A stretch of 64,000 nt of DNA from Eledone cirrhosa. Taxonomy: Eukaryota. Of this stretch, positions 1 to 13,160 are shown piece by piece. The first letter of the stretch is position 1. The number at the start of each line of letters is the position of its first letter. Under the pieces are notes generated by a model, which was not told where the DNA came from, made no database searches, and saw nothing but the letters and a program-made list of their open reading frames with translations. Both the position numbers and the translations under genes were made by a program. The stretch lies in NCBI GenBank assembly GCA_964016885.1, contig OZ024742.1, positions 233,306,001 to 233,370,000 of the forward strand, in the 5' to 3' direction.

Positions 1-2864
1 TGGATGCTAAAGTTCCACAAGATTGAGATGTGATCTTTTTCAAGTATGGGAGGTGGTTGATGCTCCCACCAATTCTTTTGATGGTAAAGGTCAAAATGCT
101 TACACATTATCCAATGTATGTATTGTGCAGCTCTGTCATGCCTGTTTAGGTATTCGGTTGGAGCTATAGGACTGCACATCGAAATTATATGATCAATGGT
201 CTCTGGTTGTTTTTTACATACACGGTATAATGGGCTGCATCCACTTTTTATTATGTTGGCTTGGTAATATTTTGTTGGCAGACACTGATCTTGTGCTGAT
301 ATAATCAGTCCTTCAGTCTCCGATTTCAGTCCAGAGGATGCCAACCACTGATGGGTTAAAGTTTTGTCAACATCAGGATTGTTAGCTCGCTCTGGGTATT
401 TTCCATACAGAGGCTTTTCTTGCCATTTCTTAGCCAGTTTCTGTAGCAGTTCTTTCTTTGCAGTTACTTTTACCTGCTTTGCTTTTTCTGTGTTTTCCAT
501 TTCAGCAGTAAATGGTACTTCTGAAATTTGTAGTCCATTACTGTATCTTTGTGCATCTTTTGTAATGGAGTATGATCTTTTTGATGCTTTCGTGTTTCAA
601 AACGGGTTTGATCATCCAATCATGTGATTCCCTTAGATATGTAGATAATCCAATTGTTGCAGTTTTCAACGCAATATCTAACTGGATTAACCCACGTCCT
701 CCTTCTTTCCTAGGGTGATGAATTCTGTGCATGGTTAAGAATTTTCTAATTTTTGTATCGAGCCTATGGATCTCTGTGCTTGACCAGTTGATGAGATTGT
801 AACTGTAGGTTACTACTGGTATGGCAAGCGTGTTTATGGCATCGATCCTATTCCTTGCATTCAATTCCGTTCTTAAGATTGCTCTTACTCTGCGGTAACA
901 TTCCTTCCTTATCCTTTCCCTCATTGTCGAGTGCTTGATTCCGTCTCCTTCACAAACACCTAAATATTTGTAAGTTTCCTCTTGATCAAGTTCTCTTATC
1001 ACATTCCCCCGATCAAGATTAATGTCTGAACTCTTCAGCAGCTTTCCTCTGGTGAACGTTGCTTTGGCGCATTTATCTAGTTCAAACTCCATTTTAATGT
1101 CATCACTGAACTGCTACACAGTGGATAATAGTCCTTGCAATTGTTCATCATTTTTTGCAAATAGTTTCAGGTCATCCATGTAGAACAAGTGATTAATGGT
1201 TTTGTCATAGACTTTATATCCATGTTTTGTTTCATTTAGCATTTTACTTAATGGTATAAGTACGATGCAGAATAAAAGCGGTGATAAAGAGTCACCCTGA
1301 AAAATTCCACAATTAATATTAACTTCTCCAGCTTCCAGTGATTTTGTTTCACTATTCAAAAGGAGTGCCGTTTTCCATGACTTCATACTGAATGACAAAA
1401 ACCTCCTGACAACGGGAGATATTTTGAAAATCTCTAAACATTTTTCAATCCAACTGTGTGGCAAACTATCGAATGCTTTTTTATAATCTATCCAAGCAAT
1501 TGATAGATTTTTGTGTCTATTATGACAATCTTCCAGTATCATTTTGTTAACCCGAAGCTGATCCTTACAGCCATATGAGCCTCGTTTACACCCTTTCTGC
1601 TCAATGGGAAATAGGTCATTTGTTATCAGGTGGCCATATGTATATTCAGTTAGGACTGATGTTAAAATGTTATACATTGTGGTCAAGCAAATTATCGGTC
1701 TGTAATTTTTGGGATTGTTTGTCTCATCATTCTTCGAAGCAGGAATGTAATGCCGTTAACTAGCCATGATGGTATCTTTTCTGGCTCCTTAACTATTTCA
1801 TTGTAAAGTTGGGCTAACAGCTCATGAGACTCTGTGAAGGCATTTATCCAAAGATTTTGTATTTTGTCTTTTCCTGGGGATTTCCATTTGCTGGTTTTTC
1901 TAAGAGCCACTGGTCAACTTTTATATCTTCCCATATTTGTTCCTCAGGGTGAGCTGTATCTTTCATTTGTCTGTCTGTCCATGGGGCATGTATATTATAA
2001 ACTTTTTCTTCGGCCCAGATCTTTTCCCAGAATTCTTGCACTTCCTCCTTGGGTAGTATTGATTTAGCAGTTATTGTTGACTTACCAATTTTTCTGTAGA
2101 AGTTTCTTTGGTTGTTTTTGAACATATTATTGTCCTTATAGAATCTAGATCGTTTTTCAAAGCGCCTTATACGAGCAGCTTTGGCCGACACTTTTTGCTT
2201 GATTATTTCTATCAGCATGTCTATGTCACTTGTTGATTTTATACTGGACTTTCTTTTCAATTTTCTAAGTTTAGTTTATTTAACATGTTCACCTACTTTA
2301 TAGTTTGTTAAAATTTCTATGTCAGATCGGAGAAGGTTTATTTGGCGATTGATGTTCTCTTGCCAAGTAGATTTCTTGTGGGAATTCCTTTGTTTTTTCA
2401 TTTTCACTCCACATAAGTGAGTGGTGACTTTAGCCGATGCATAATAGAGATGATTTAAATCAGTAATGTTTAGTTTGTTTGTGATGATAATGTTTTTGAG
2501 AATTATGTTAGTCTTGTGTATTATCTTTTGGTTCTGTTTGGAGTTCTGGATCTTAGGGAGGGTGTCTCGTTCCCCCATGTCAGATTCTTTCATTTTCATC
2601 CATTCGATCATAATTTCATCCTTCAAGTTGGCAAGTTCATTCTCATTCATTTCTTTACCATTTACGATCTCATTGTTTTCATTTTGAGTTTCATCTTGAG
2701 CATGCACTCCCTCCACTTTTTCGATCCTTTCTTTAATTTGTTCTGTTGTCAGTGATTCCGCCCCAACCCTGGGATTCGAAGTGTTACAATTTACCTCGTT
2801 TTCACTGATACCTATTTCATTTTCCCTTCGCTGACTTTGTGCTAACAGCTTGATCTGATCAATT
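1..2864 (-). mobile_element. R4/Dong-clade (RLE-type) non-LTR retrotransposon, 5'-truncated, frameshifted
   Basis: Broken ORFs 2276-2716, 1844-2260, 1692-1910, 1114-1686 and 538-1092 read as one RT: WKSPGKDKIQN, QKGCKRGSYGCKDQL, WIDYKKAFDSLPHSW, GIFQGDSLSPLLF, HLFYMDDLKLF, YKYLG. Bases 1-360 give GLKSETEGLIISAQDQ, a degenerate CCHC knuckle and RHD. Runs off the left edge; 5' end abuts (TAA)n. Confidence 0.85.
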
Positions 2865-2925
2865 TATTATTATTATTATTATTATTATTGATCTTTTTTT
2901 ATTATTATAATTGATCAGATCAAGC

Positions 2926-2974
<49 letters not shown>
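2865..2974. repeat. (TAT)n microsatellite containing a short inverted copy of the R4 5' junction
   Basis: Direct reading; AATTGATCAGATCAAGCT (2909-2926) is the reverse complement of 2847-2864. Confidence 0.95.
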
Positions 2975-3183
2975 GGCGACCTACGTAGTAAATCGTATCA
3001 TCGTGAGCTCCGCAAATGTTTGTTATTTCCGTTTGTTAAAAATTGCCATTTATGGAAAATTTTATTGTTAACTGTTTATAAGGGCACATACATTGTTTTC
3101 CGAAAAGGACACCCAAAAAGATTGGGGCCTTGTGCCCAAAATTTAAACTTTTATGATTATCAAAAAATTTCTTTGAAAAAAAA

Positions 3184-5139
3184 ATGGCTAATTCACCTTT
3201 GCACCAAGCAGCTGAGAGCCTTCCTCACAAACTAACACCTCACACCGACACCACCATTGTAAATATTACTACGTTTGCCAACACAAAAAATTTAAGCAGT
3301 AGCAATATTTTAAATTTGTCTCAGGCAGACATTCATTTCCCGCCATTACCAATGACTGCAGGTGCTAAAGCCGCCACCACCACCACCGCGACAACAGAAA
3401 CAAAAGGAAAAAATAAATCAACTCGTGATGTCGAAATGTTTTCAACCAAAATGGACTCTTCCACACCGAACACCACTGACGCCACCACCACCACAACTGA
3501 AACTAAAATTAATAATAACAAAAATAACGATAACAACAACAGCAACAATGATATTAAAAACACCACCCTGAGTTTTGCCAGAGTAGCAAAACAGTGCGAA
3601 GCATTTACGGTAATTCAGGAGCAATTAGAAAATGCCAAAAAAATGGTAAAGAAAGATGGGTACAGGGTCAGCCTCACCCCCCACCTAATAAAATGGAGCA
3701 TCGGCGCCTATGCACCGTATCGTATCGAACAATTAATGTAAAATCGCGCCGAGTGGAACGGGCATCCGAGACCCAAATCCAAAAAGCTTTGGGACATGTG
3801 TGGGCAAGAAAAACCCACATCAGACGTGAGCAGAAGTATGGAACCGTGGACGTGTTCTTTGAAACACCAGAGGAGGCTAGAGAACACTCCATGGCCCCAT
3901 TAAGAAGTGACGACTTCACACTCGTCCCAAGCTATTGTGGCCAGAGACTCGTAAAGATCAGGGTGACCCACGTTCCACCGGCCATCGAAATTCCTTGGCT
4001 AATAGTGGCCGTCCAGGCCGGCATCGAAGCCAACACAAAGATAATAGCAATAGCAAAAGAAAAGCAGGAGAACTGGTCCGGATCTGGGATGGAGCTCCTG
4101 ATCCAAGCAGACCAAAAAAGCATTGAGGAGATCCCAGAGGTAATAGACCTCACTGACGGCAGCCACCTCACAGTAATTGTCGAGGGCAGAAGGCCTAGGT
4201 GTGTCGTTTGTGGTGAAGGAACCCACCTAAGGGCTTTCTGCCCTCAGGCTAAAAGGTTGAGGCCACCTCTCCTACCCACCCCAGTGACTCAACCATCAAC
4301 ACCACCAGTAGCAGAGATGGCAAAACAACTGTAGCAGCAACAACAGAAGCAACTATAACAGCAACAACCCCAGCAACAGTAGCAAAACCAACACCACCAC
4401 CACCACCAGCAAAACCAATACCACCACCACCCAACATTTCAGAACTAGCACCAGCGCCTACACCATCCACCACGCCACAACCAAAACTAACGCCCGTGGA
4501 GGATTTTCCACTCCCCGGCCTATCACAACTGGAGACAGATTCTGACGACGAGGAGTGGTAAACGGTATCAGGAAAAAAGAAAAAAAGAAACCAAAAAAGA
4601 AAAAATTCTCTTCCTTCCCCCTCCAAAAACAAAATACAGAGGGAAACAAATAAATTAACAAACAAAAAAAGTTAGGACAGATATGCCACCATCCACACCA
4701 GCATCACCAACCCCATCATCCCAAACACCAACACCATCACCATCATTAACCCCAACACCACCATCACCTACACCACAAAAGTCACCAAAATGCGAAACAG
4801 AAACAAACCCCACAACAAACGCAAACAAAACAAAACAACCAAAACGATACACACTACACAGCATTAAATTTGAACAACAACCAATTATTACACTACATCC
4901 AACACAACACCAGCAACACAGAAAAAGACTACACAACAACCCAAAAGTTCACACCACCTCCACACATACAAATCACTCGCATCACAGAAAACGTACACGA
5001 TACTAAGAACAAAAATTCCCCAAAGACATCGGAGACTTCCGACAAGCACTCTCCAGGAGGATTTATAAGGACATCCTTCCGGAGGAGGCCACAAGCAGTG
5101 AAAAGGATGGAGAAACCATCCTTCCTCTACGAGAAGTGA
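3184..5139 (+). pseudogene. Tx1 ORF1 (gag-like nucleic-acid-binding protein), frameshifted
   Basis: ORFs 3184-3741 (SFARVA motif) and 3594-4334 (VIVEGRRPRCVVCGEGTHLRAFC, CX2CX4HX4C), then a Pro/Thr-rich tail up to ORF2. Confidence 0.75.
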
Positions 5140-5178
5140 GGTAAGTGGTCTTTCCCATCTTTTCCACTCCATTTCAAC

Positions 5179-8100
5179 ATGACCTCACTCAGAATAGGCA
5201 GCATAAATGCGCGTGGCTTGGGGTCGTCATGGAAGCAGGGCCACCTGCTCAACGACCTCAGGTCACTAAACATAGATGTAGTGGCCATCAGCGAGACCAG
5301 AATCTCCGAAGCACGGGCCTTCGCACCGATCTTCGGCGGCTACGATGTGTACGTATCTCCCAGCCGTCCTGGATCGGGGGGAGGAGTTGCTGTGCTTTTT
5401 CGGAGAGGTTTGGATCTCGCCATACGGGCCATCTTCCTGGACCCAGAAGGTAAGTTGGTGGTGCTGGACGTGACCAGCGGAGACGGGAAAGCTTTCAGGT
5501 TAGTGGCCGTCTATGCTCCTACAGGAGCAGGGCGGCCTGATTTCTTCCGGCGTCTGGAGACCTTTCTTGGAACGTCCCGCTCTTTAGTGTTAGTGGGCGA
5601 CTGGAACGTGATCTTAGATGCACGTTGGGACTGTGTGGGATTAACGGATAGGGGAGGAGGGTGCAAGAGCCTCACCAACCTGCTCAGGCGTTTTGAACTG
5701 TCTGAGAGGTACCGATTGGATTTCCCGAATGTGCCAATGTGGACTTGGACAAATCGCATAGGGTCATCCAGATCATATCTAGATAGAGTATTTTGTAGGG
5801 AAATAGAGAGGTCTAGCATAGGCTGTCCCCAATTCAAGATAGTCAGCTACACGGACCACAAATTCGTGATCTGTGTGCTTGACTTAGATAGGCTTCATAG
5901 ACGAGGACCCGGCTACTGGAAGCTAAACGCGTCCTTACCAGCGCGCAAGGTCTACAGAGACCGGATTAGCGAACTAGTTAAGCGGGCGTTGACGGGGGCC
6001 ATCGTCAACAACAAGTGGTGGTTTGCTCTGAAAAGAGCGATTAGAATAGAGTCCATTAGGTTTAGTAAGGCTTTAGCAATAGAGAAAAATAGAGCAGAGG
6101 GAGAATTAGTTAGAAAATTAGACGAGGCGCTTTGCAAAGGCATCGCGACCGACGTACTTGCGGCGAAATTGGCCCTTGACCAATTCTTCAATGCAAAGCA
6201 CGAAGGCTGCGTTGTCAGAGATAGGGTGCATGCTCTCAGACACGAGGGGACGAAAGCCGTTCAATGGGCCCGAGTGGCGGAGGCGCGTCGTGGCAACAAA
6301 GCCACGATCCGGTCTTTGGTGGACCACGACGGGCGCATGCTACTTGATCCCGGGCAAATGTGTGAAGCTTTTCAGCGGTACTTCGCACAGCTGTTCGGGG
6401 GCAGTGGCGGGCCAGATCGAGGGGTGGACTTTAGTTTCTACCTTGACGGACTGCCGCAGCTCTCGGCCACTGAGGCGGAGTGTTGCGAAAAGCCGATAAC
6501 AGCCGCTGAAGTACGGGAGGCAATGACTGGCTGCACAAGAGGTAAATCGCCTGGTTTGGATGGTCTGCCTTATGAACTGTACGTACAGATGCCAGACTTG
6601 TTCGGAGGCCTCTTGGCGGACCTCTACTGCAACTGGCAACAGAACGGGAGAATTCCCAGCTCTGTGAGCCGAGGAGCTGTGGTGCTGCTGAGAAAGGATC
6701 CGAACAAGGGGGATAACATAGATAATTTCAGGCCCATAACTCTGCTAAACACAGAGTTCAAGATTTTGGCCAAGGTGCTAGCAAAGAGGTTGGCGCTTGT
6801 CGTTGGTGGTCTGGTGGGAGAGGCGCAGACATGCGCCATTCCCGACAGATCCATTCACGACAACCTCCCCCTCATGCGATACATCGTAGAGAGGGTAGCT
6901 AGCGAACTTGGCACGGGTGGGTCCTTGATCAATTTAGATCATCGAAAGCTTTCGATAGGGTCGACCATCGTTACCTAGCGGCAGTCCTGAGGGCGGCTGG
7001 CTTTGGGCCCGTCTTCAGAGGCTGGATCGCTGCCATGCACAGCGACATCTGCTCTGTGGTGAGAGTGAACGGTCACCTTTCGGAACCGTTCAACATCATG
7101 CGCTCGGTCCGCCAAGGATGTCCCCTCTCGTCCCTCTACGTATTGACTCTCGAGCCATTACTGCACAAACTGGAGACGTTGAGGGGGGTCCCGCGCGAAC
7201 TAGGATGCGGAAGATCCGTGTCAGCATATGCGGACGATGTCACCGTAGTGGTGTCGAACGCCAAACACATCGAGGCGATCGGCACTACACTAAGAGAATA
7301 CGAAGCGGTGACAGGAGCAATGATCAGCCAGGAAAAGTCAGTGGGCCTGCAGCTGGGCACCTGGAGAGACAGGTCCATGCCGTCCAAACAGCGTCGTCGG
7401 GCGCTGGACGGACGGACCCGTTAAATTGCTAGGGGTCTGGTTCGGTCCTCCAGACGGACAAAAACTGGGACGTGGTGACGAGCAGGGTGGCTTCTCTCAC
7501 CCAGAAATGGGCGGAGAGGAAGCTATCTCTGAAAGGTCGAGCGGAGGTGGCTAACGCGTACATCGCGTCCGTCATCCACTACCGCCTGACCGTCGTACCT
7601 TTTCCTAAGCCCCGCCTGACTGCGCTGGAGCGTTTGCTCTTTCGCTTTTTGTGGAAGGGACGCGCTCCGATGGTCAGGCGGTCCATCTGCTGTCAACACC
7701 CGCTACGTGGAGGGCTGGGCATGCCGTGGCTGATGATGCGCAGACACGCGCTCAGGCTACGACATCTCCACCTCTTCCTCGACGGTGATCAGGTGTGGTC
7801 GCCATTTGCTAGACACGTCTTTCCCCAGCTCGTCTCCTTGACGGAGCTGCAGTCCTGGGTCAAGCGAAGACCGAAAGGGAGCGCTTGGAGACTGGAATGT
7901 CTTCAGGCGCTCACAGCCCTCGACCAATCTGGCAATGTGATCGGTGGAAACTCCACCTTGGCATTCTATAGAGGATTAGTGGAGGGGAAGAGCGACGACG
8001 TACTTGGAGAAACTCTAGGCGACGAAAATCAACTAGCCAATCTCTTCGGAAGGACTTTCGGGCCGGGGCTTATGGACAACTTCCAGAAATCCCAGGCCTG

Positions 8101-8571
8101 GCAGTGCTACCGAGGAGCTTTGCCAGTTCGGGATAAACTCTACAGGCATGGAGGTGCCGTCAGCCGGACATGTCCGAGATGCGCGCAGGGCGACGAAACC
8201 GCCCTGCACGCACTCGTCCAGTGTCCGAGCATTGCTGACTTGTGGGTTTATGTCGAACACTTGCTGTCACGTGTAGGACGGATCCAGCTATCAGCTGAGT
8301 CCATCGTGAGGATTTCCCGGCCCTCTTGCTTTAGCCGGGAAGGGCAGGCAGTTTTTATCTGTCTGGTGGCTATGGCGAAAGAGATAGTATGGTGGACACG
8401 TTTGAAAGGGCTGAAGACGAGCACTTACCTCTTCGGTGACCCCTGATTAACTTTTTCAAATTTCATTTGAAAAGGGAAATCAGGGTAGTGAGGGAAGTGC
8501 TCTCTTCCCAGCATTTTGTTGAAAGATGGGTGAGAGAAGCAAGTATAGCTCGAGAGTGTGTCTGTAAATAA
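5179..8571 (+). pseudogene. Tx1 ORF2 (AP-endonuclease, reverse transcriptase, C-terminal zinc finger), several frameshifts
   Basis: SINARGL, ISETR, VYAP, GDWN, YLDR, YTDH (APE); KSPGLDGLP, FRPITLLN, VRQGCPLS, YADD (RT); CPRC...ETALHALVQC. Split over ORFs 5179-6978, 7035-7424 and 7472-8446, with a last shifted frame ending at TAA 8569-8571. Confidence 0.92.
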
Positions 8572-8820
8572 AAGGTGGAAAACTGGGAGAGGGCACTTGC
8601 CCTGGTGGTCAGGGTCACTGTGGCCTTTTAATGGGCTTTCTCCACAAATGTCCCTCGGAGGTCTCCTCCCTATTGGAGAATTTTTCATTGTTATTTTTTT
8701 GTTACATCCTCTGTTTTTGTTTTTTTTACACGCAGAAATGCCCACTTGTACCGTCCTGTATTGTCCTGTACTGTCCTTAATGTCTACTTTATGTAAACCC
8801 ATGTGGTTAATAAAGAAAGC

Positions 8821-8836
8821 ATTATTATTATTATTA

Positions 8837-8893
<57 letters not shown>
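8821..8893. repeat. (ATT)n microsatellite (Tx1 tail/target)
   Basis: Direct reading. Confidence 0.95.
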
Positions 8894-8894
<1 letters not shown>

Positions 8895-9323
8895 TAGCAG
8901 AAAAACCACGTTTCGGGTGGTTTTCTGCTAGCCTGTGTAGTGTGCATATTGATATTATACGCAAGTATATATACATGTAGATATGATATATCAAATAAAA
9001 TCGTAATTGACAATATACACAGAAATTGAACGAAGACTGCGTTACACTGTAATCAGTAACGTAATCCATTGATGGAAATATATGACTGTTTATTTAAGCG
9101 ATCGCTAACCGGAAGTGTTGACATTTGAAAATTTTAAAGAAGTGAATCTTAAAATAAGCGACAAAATTATTTATATTTAATCAAGAATAACGAAATTTAG
9201 TAGATAAATTATGTAATATTCATTCATTATTTACTCAAAGTAATCCAACTTATTTTACAAACGGGATAAAAAAAAATATATTCTGGACGCTGACCCACAC
9301 TCCTCCCTTTATTATAGTTTAGA
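8894..9323 (-). mobile_element. Non-autonomous Helitron
   Basis: On the minus strand it begins A|TCTAAACTATAATAAAAGGGAGG and ends hairpin + CTAG|T, i.e. TC...CTAG termini between A and T, flanked by (TAA)n on both sides. Confidence 0.7.
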
Positions 9324-9450
9324 TTATTATTATTATTGTTATTACGGAGTCGATAAAATAAAACACCAGTAATGTACTGATGTCAATTTAATCGACTTTC
9401 TCCGCGCTCAAAATTGCTGGCTTCATGCCTAAACCAGAAACAATTATTTA

Positions 9451-10095
9451 TTGCGTAACTACGGCTTTCTAAATGTTTATTTATAAACACACCGTATTTC
9501 TTTAGAAATACGAAATTCAAATACGTATTTGTATACAGCTATGTTCGAAGCTAAATTCTAATTCTATTCTTTTGTGAGTTGAGCTAACTTATTCAGCTTC
9601 ATATGCAAATGAGATTAATCAACTGATTTACACAGACGAGGAAACTATATACTCTCGCCTGTTTTCAAAGTCCAGCAGTTGCAAGAGCGGGAGAGATCGT
9701 CCTAACGAGTACCAGTCGAGTTCGAAATGCATCAACGATTGTCCCCCGTTGCTTCTGCTGGTCACCGCTAGGTGGCGTTAGCTGCCAGTGGTTTTGCATA
9801 GCTACGGCTATTTATTTGCATAGCTACGGCTATTTATAAACATACTGTATTTCTTTAGAAATACGAAATTCAAATACATATTTCTATACAGCTATGTTCG
9901 AAGCTAAATCCTAATTCTATTCAATTATTTATTTATTATGCTACTTATGTTAAAACTCTGTTTAAGTTTGGTGAAATATACTCTCCAGATTATTGAGATA
10001 TAGCTGTACTGGACTAACATTTTCTTTGTACAATGCTGTGTCAAGTATTTAGTAGTGACAGCGGTAACATTTGGACTTATAAACTAACCACCGGA
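9451..10095. mobile_element. Unclassified element with a ~110 bp direct repeat (possibly Helentron/DINE-like)
   Basis: 9451-9569 is repeated at 9816-9922; each copy has the hairpin (C)GTATTTCT-TT-AGAAATAC(G); tandem duplication of TTGCATAGCTACGGCTATTT at 9794 and 9816. Confidence 0.35.
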
Positions 10096-11024
10096 ACTAT
10101 CCTATTTGTAAGTTGGGGGAGCCTTCTGTACGTGACTTCTGTATATATATATTTTCATAACCGTGTTGTGTTGGTACTCTATCTATTAGTGGCCATATTA
10201 CAGTATGGTTAAAAACAAAGAAACAAAAGACACACGGAAATAAACGTATTTGGTAATTAAAAGAAGTACTAAACGGAAGGAAACAAGGAAATGTCAACGG
10301 AAATGTCAAATAAAAAAATATCCCGAGAAGATTTATATATTAGAACCTTTGAATTAGCGTTACGATGTATGCTTCCGGCATCTCTATTACAGATAAACGA
10401 AGTAAGAAACATCCATCTATAAGGTGCTGGTTGTCTGAGTCATCAAGTGTAGGAGTTAGCTTTTGTTGAACAATCTAATTGTCCTTCTATGAAAGTTTGA
10501 TTGACAAAATATGTTGACAAATGAGAGAGTGAAGATGAATTAGCTAGGAAGTTGCATAGTGAGACTAAATTAATGATTAGGTTCCAACCGCCCTCTCGCC
10601 CAAATTTTACTATTTTCTCGCCCCTACTCTAAGGGTAGTTTCTTTCTTAGTGATTGTATTCTCTTCAGTTTTCTCAGTAGGGGCTACTGTAACAAGTACA
10701 ATACAGATTATAAAAAAAAAAAAATTGCTTCTGATCTATTTGCCAGCAGATAAAAAAGCACTCTAGTTGAGGTGCTGTCTAATGAATTCATCATACGGGT
10801 ATGAAGTTGTATAACTTCATCTTATTGTTGACGTCAGTTGACACAATGAATTATTGTTAGTTTCTTTCGACATTCTCCAATACAACAGACATGTCAAAAG
10901 GCCATACGTCCTGTGACAAAATGAGCACGAAATATAGAATTCAGAAATAATATATGATATTTAGAAGGACTAATGATTTTTTATATTTATCTAGGCTGCA
11001 CCAGTTACTTACTGATGATCAACT

Positions 11025-11380
<356 letters not shown>

Positions 11381-11439
11381 TGATAGAACCTTCGAATCTT
11401 TCATTTTGCTTCAGTTTTGTCTCCTTTTTTCTTTTATTT

Positions 11440-11575
11440 AAATCCGAGGTTAACTTTGCCATTCATCCTTTGGGATCCATAAAATAAAATACCAGTCATG
11501 TACTGGGAGTCGATATGACCGACTATCACCTCGGCCCCAAATTGCTAGCCTCGTGTCTAAAATAGAAACCGTTAG
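11440..11575 (+). mobile_element. tRNA-derived SINE with Meta-domain-like core, 5'-truncated
   Basis: GAGGTTAACTTTGCCATTCATCCTTTGGGATCCATAAAATAAAATACCAG matches many other copies in the window. Confidence 0.75.
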
Positions 11576-11778
11576 AATCGCCATCATTGTCATTGTCGCC
11601 GTCGATATCATCATCATCATCGTTGTCGCCATTGTCACCGTCCTCTCCTTCCTCCTCATTTTCATCGTCATCATGATCACGATCATCATCAACATTATCA
11701 TCATCATCACCACTACCACCACCACCACCACCGCAACCACCACGACCACCACCACCACCACCACCATCATCATCGTTG
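11576..11778. repeat. (ATC)n/(ACC)n/(GTC)n trinucleotide low-complexity tract
   Basis: Direct reading. Confidence 0.9.
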
Positions 11779-11912
11779 TTTTTTCCTTTTTTTTCTTTCC
11801 TCATCCATTTTATCTTTTATTAACAGTTTCTGGAAAATAGTTACTTTTCTAATTAAGTGCCAAAAATGTTTCATTTTTCTCTCTGATGTTATATATTATC
11901 CTCCTTTTCCTC

Positions 11913-13160
11913 ATTATTATTGTTTCTTCGCTCAGCTTCTAACACTGGAGACGTATTACAGTGTTAACTGTTCACTACCAGTGAACTGAGGTAATATCCC
12001 TTATTTTTCGAGTACCCTCCAGAGTATTCGAGCTGTTCCAAGCAATGCTGTTTTTTTTAAGTGTTCCATCCGTATTGGATTCGCTATTTGTTTAATGTAC
12101 TTCTCAAGATCTTTTTCCACTGTTCCCAAGACTACAACTATTATTGGTATAAACGCCACCTTTTTCAGTGACCACAACTGCTTAACCTCCCAAGCTAACC
12201 TGTCATATCTATCAATTTCTTTCCGTCTTTATCGCATACCATGTTATCAGCTGGACAGGCTCTATCTATGATCCAACACTGTTTACTTTCTTTCCCCATT
12301 AATACAATATCTGGGCTCCTATGCTCAATGTCATGATCACACTGTATCACAAAGTCCCACAGGATCTTTGCATCATCATTTTCGATAACGCCCCCATGGT
12401 TATGTTTGTACCACTTGTCTGCACGTCAAGTGCATATTTGCCACAAAGTGCCCAATGGACTATCCTTGCTATGTTGTCATGGCGTCTCGTATATTCTTTC
12501 TGATCTAGTGGTGTACATTGACTTGTAATATGCCATACAATTTCTCCATTCATGCCACAAATTCTACATTTATCACTTTCTGCTGTGTGGTCTACTCTCT
12601 GCTTGATGTAGTTAGTCCTAGTGCTTGTTCTTGAGCAGCATAAATTAAGGCTTCTATTTATGGTGTTAGACCACTTTTAGCCACCCATAACCACCTTTTT
12701 TCTCTGTCTGGCCTTTCTTCAACATCTCTATGGAATTGTCCATTCATTCTTTTTTCTGTCCATCTAATTTCAGTTTCACCCATCTTCAAATGCTTCTACT
12801 GTTTTTTCTTTGAAATAATCTATTTTGCACATCCCTGACCTTCTAACTTCCAGAAACTGTGGTTCTGTGGATTTGTTTTATGTACCACGCCATGTTCTTT
12901 TCTTCAGTTCTAATGCTGTCTTCGAACCCTATCAGTCCTCTTCATCCTCCTTTTCTTAGTACGTACATATAATCTGTCTGTCTTGTTCTTTGTATGAAAT
13001 ACTCCATATCTAGTCAATATCTTTATTGTCTTTCGGTCTAAACAGTTTAGCTCTTCCACTGTCCACGTGATCACCAGCATCCCATATCTAAGGAGTGATA
13101 CCACCCATGCATTGATGGCTTCTATCTTATTCCGTCCATTCAGTTTCGACTCAAGAATAT
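11913..13160 (-). mobile_element. 3' part of an R4/Dong-type LINE including the restriction-like endonuclease domain
   Basis: Minus-strand AQEQ, CRIC...VWHITSQC (CCHC), YTRRHDNIARIVHW, IEHRSPDIVL...IID (PD..D), KTALLGTARIL, then a short 3' UTR and AATAATAAT tail. Confidence 0.8.

Larger units (their letters stand above)
2975..8820 (+). mobile_element. Near full-length Tx1-type (L1 group) LINE inserted in an (ATT)n tract
   Basis: Sharp 5' boundary after (TAT)n; ORF1 with CCHC knuckle; ORF2 with APE, RT and CCHC; 3' UTR with AATAAA (8809-8814) directly followed by (ATT)n. Confidence 0.9.

Noticed and set aside
8425-9069. 214 aa minus-strand ORF
   Set aside because: Antisense read-through of the Tx1 3' end, (AAT)n and the Helitron.
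10380-10930. Possible ancient RT remnant
   Set aside because: Only a faint DMS-like echo; not enough for a call.
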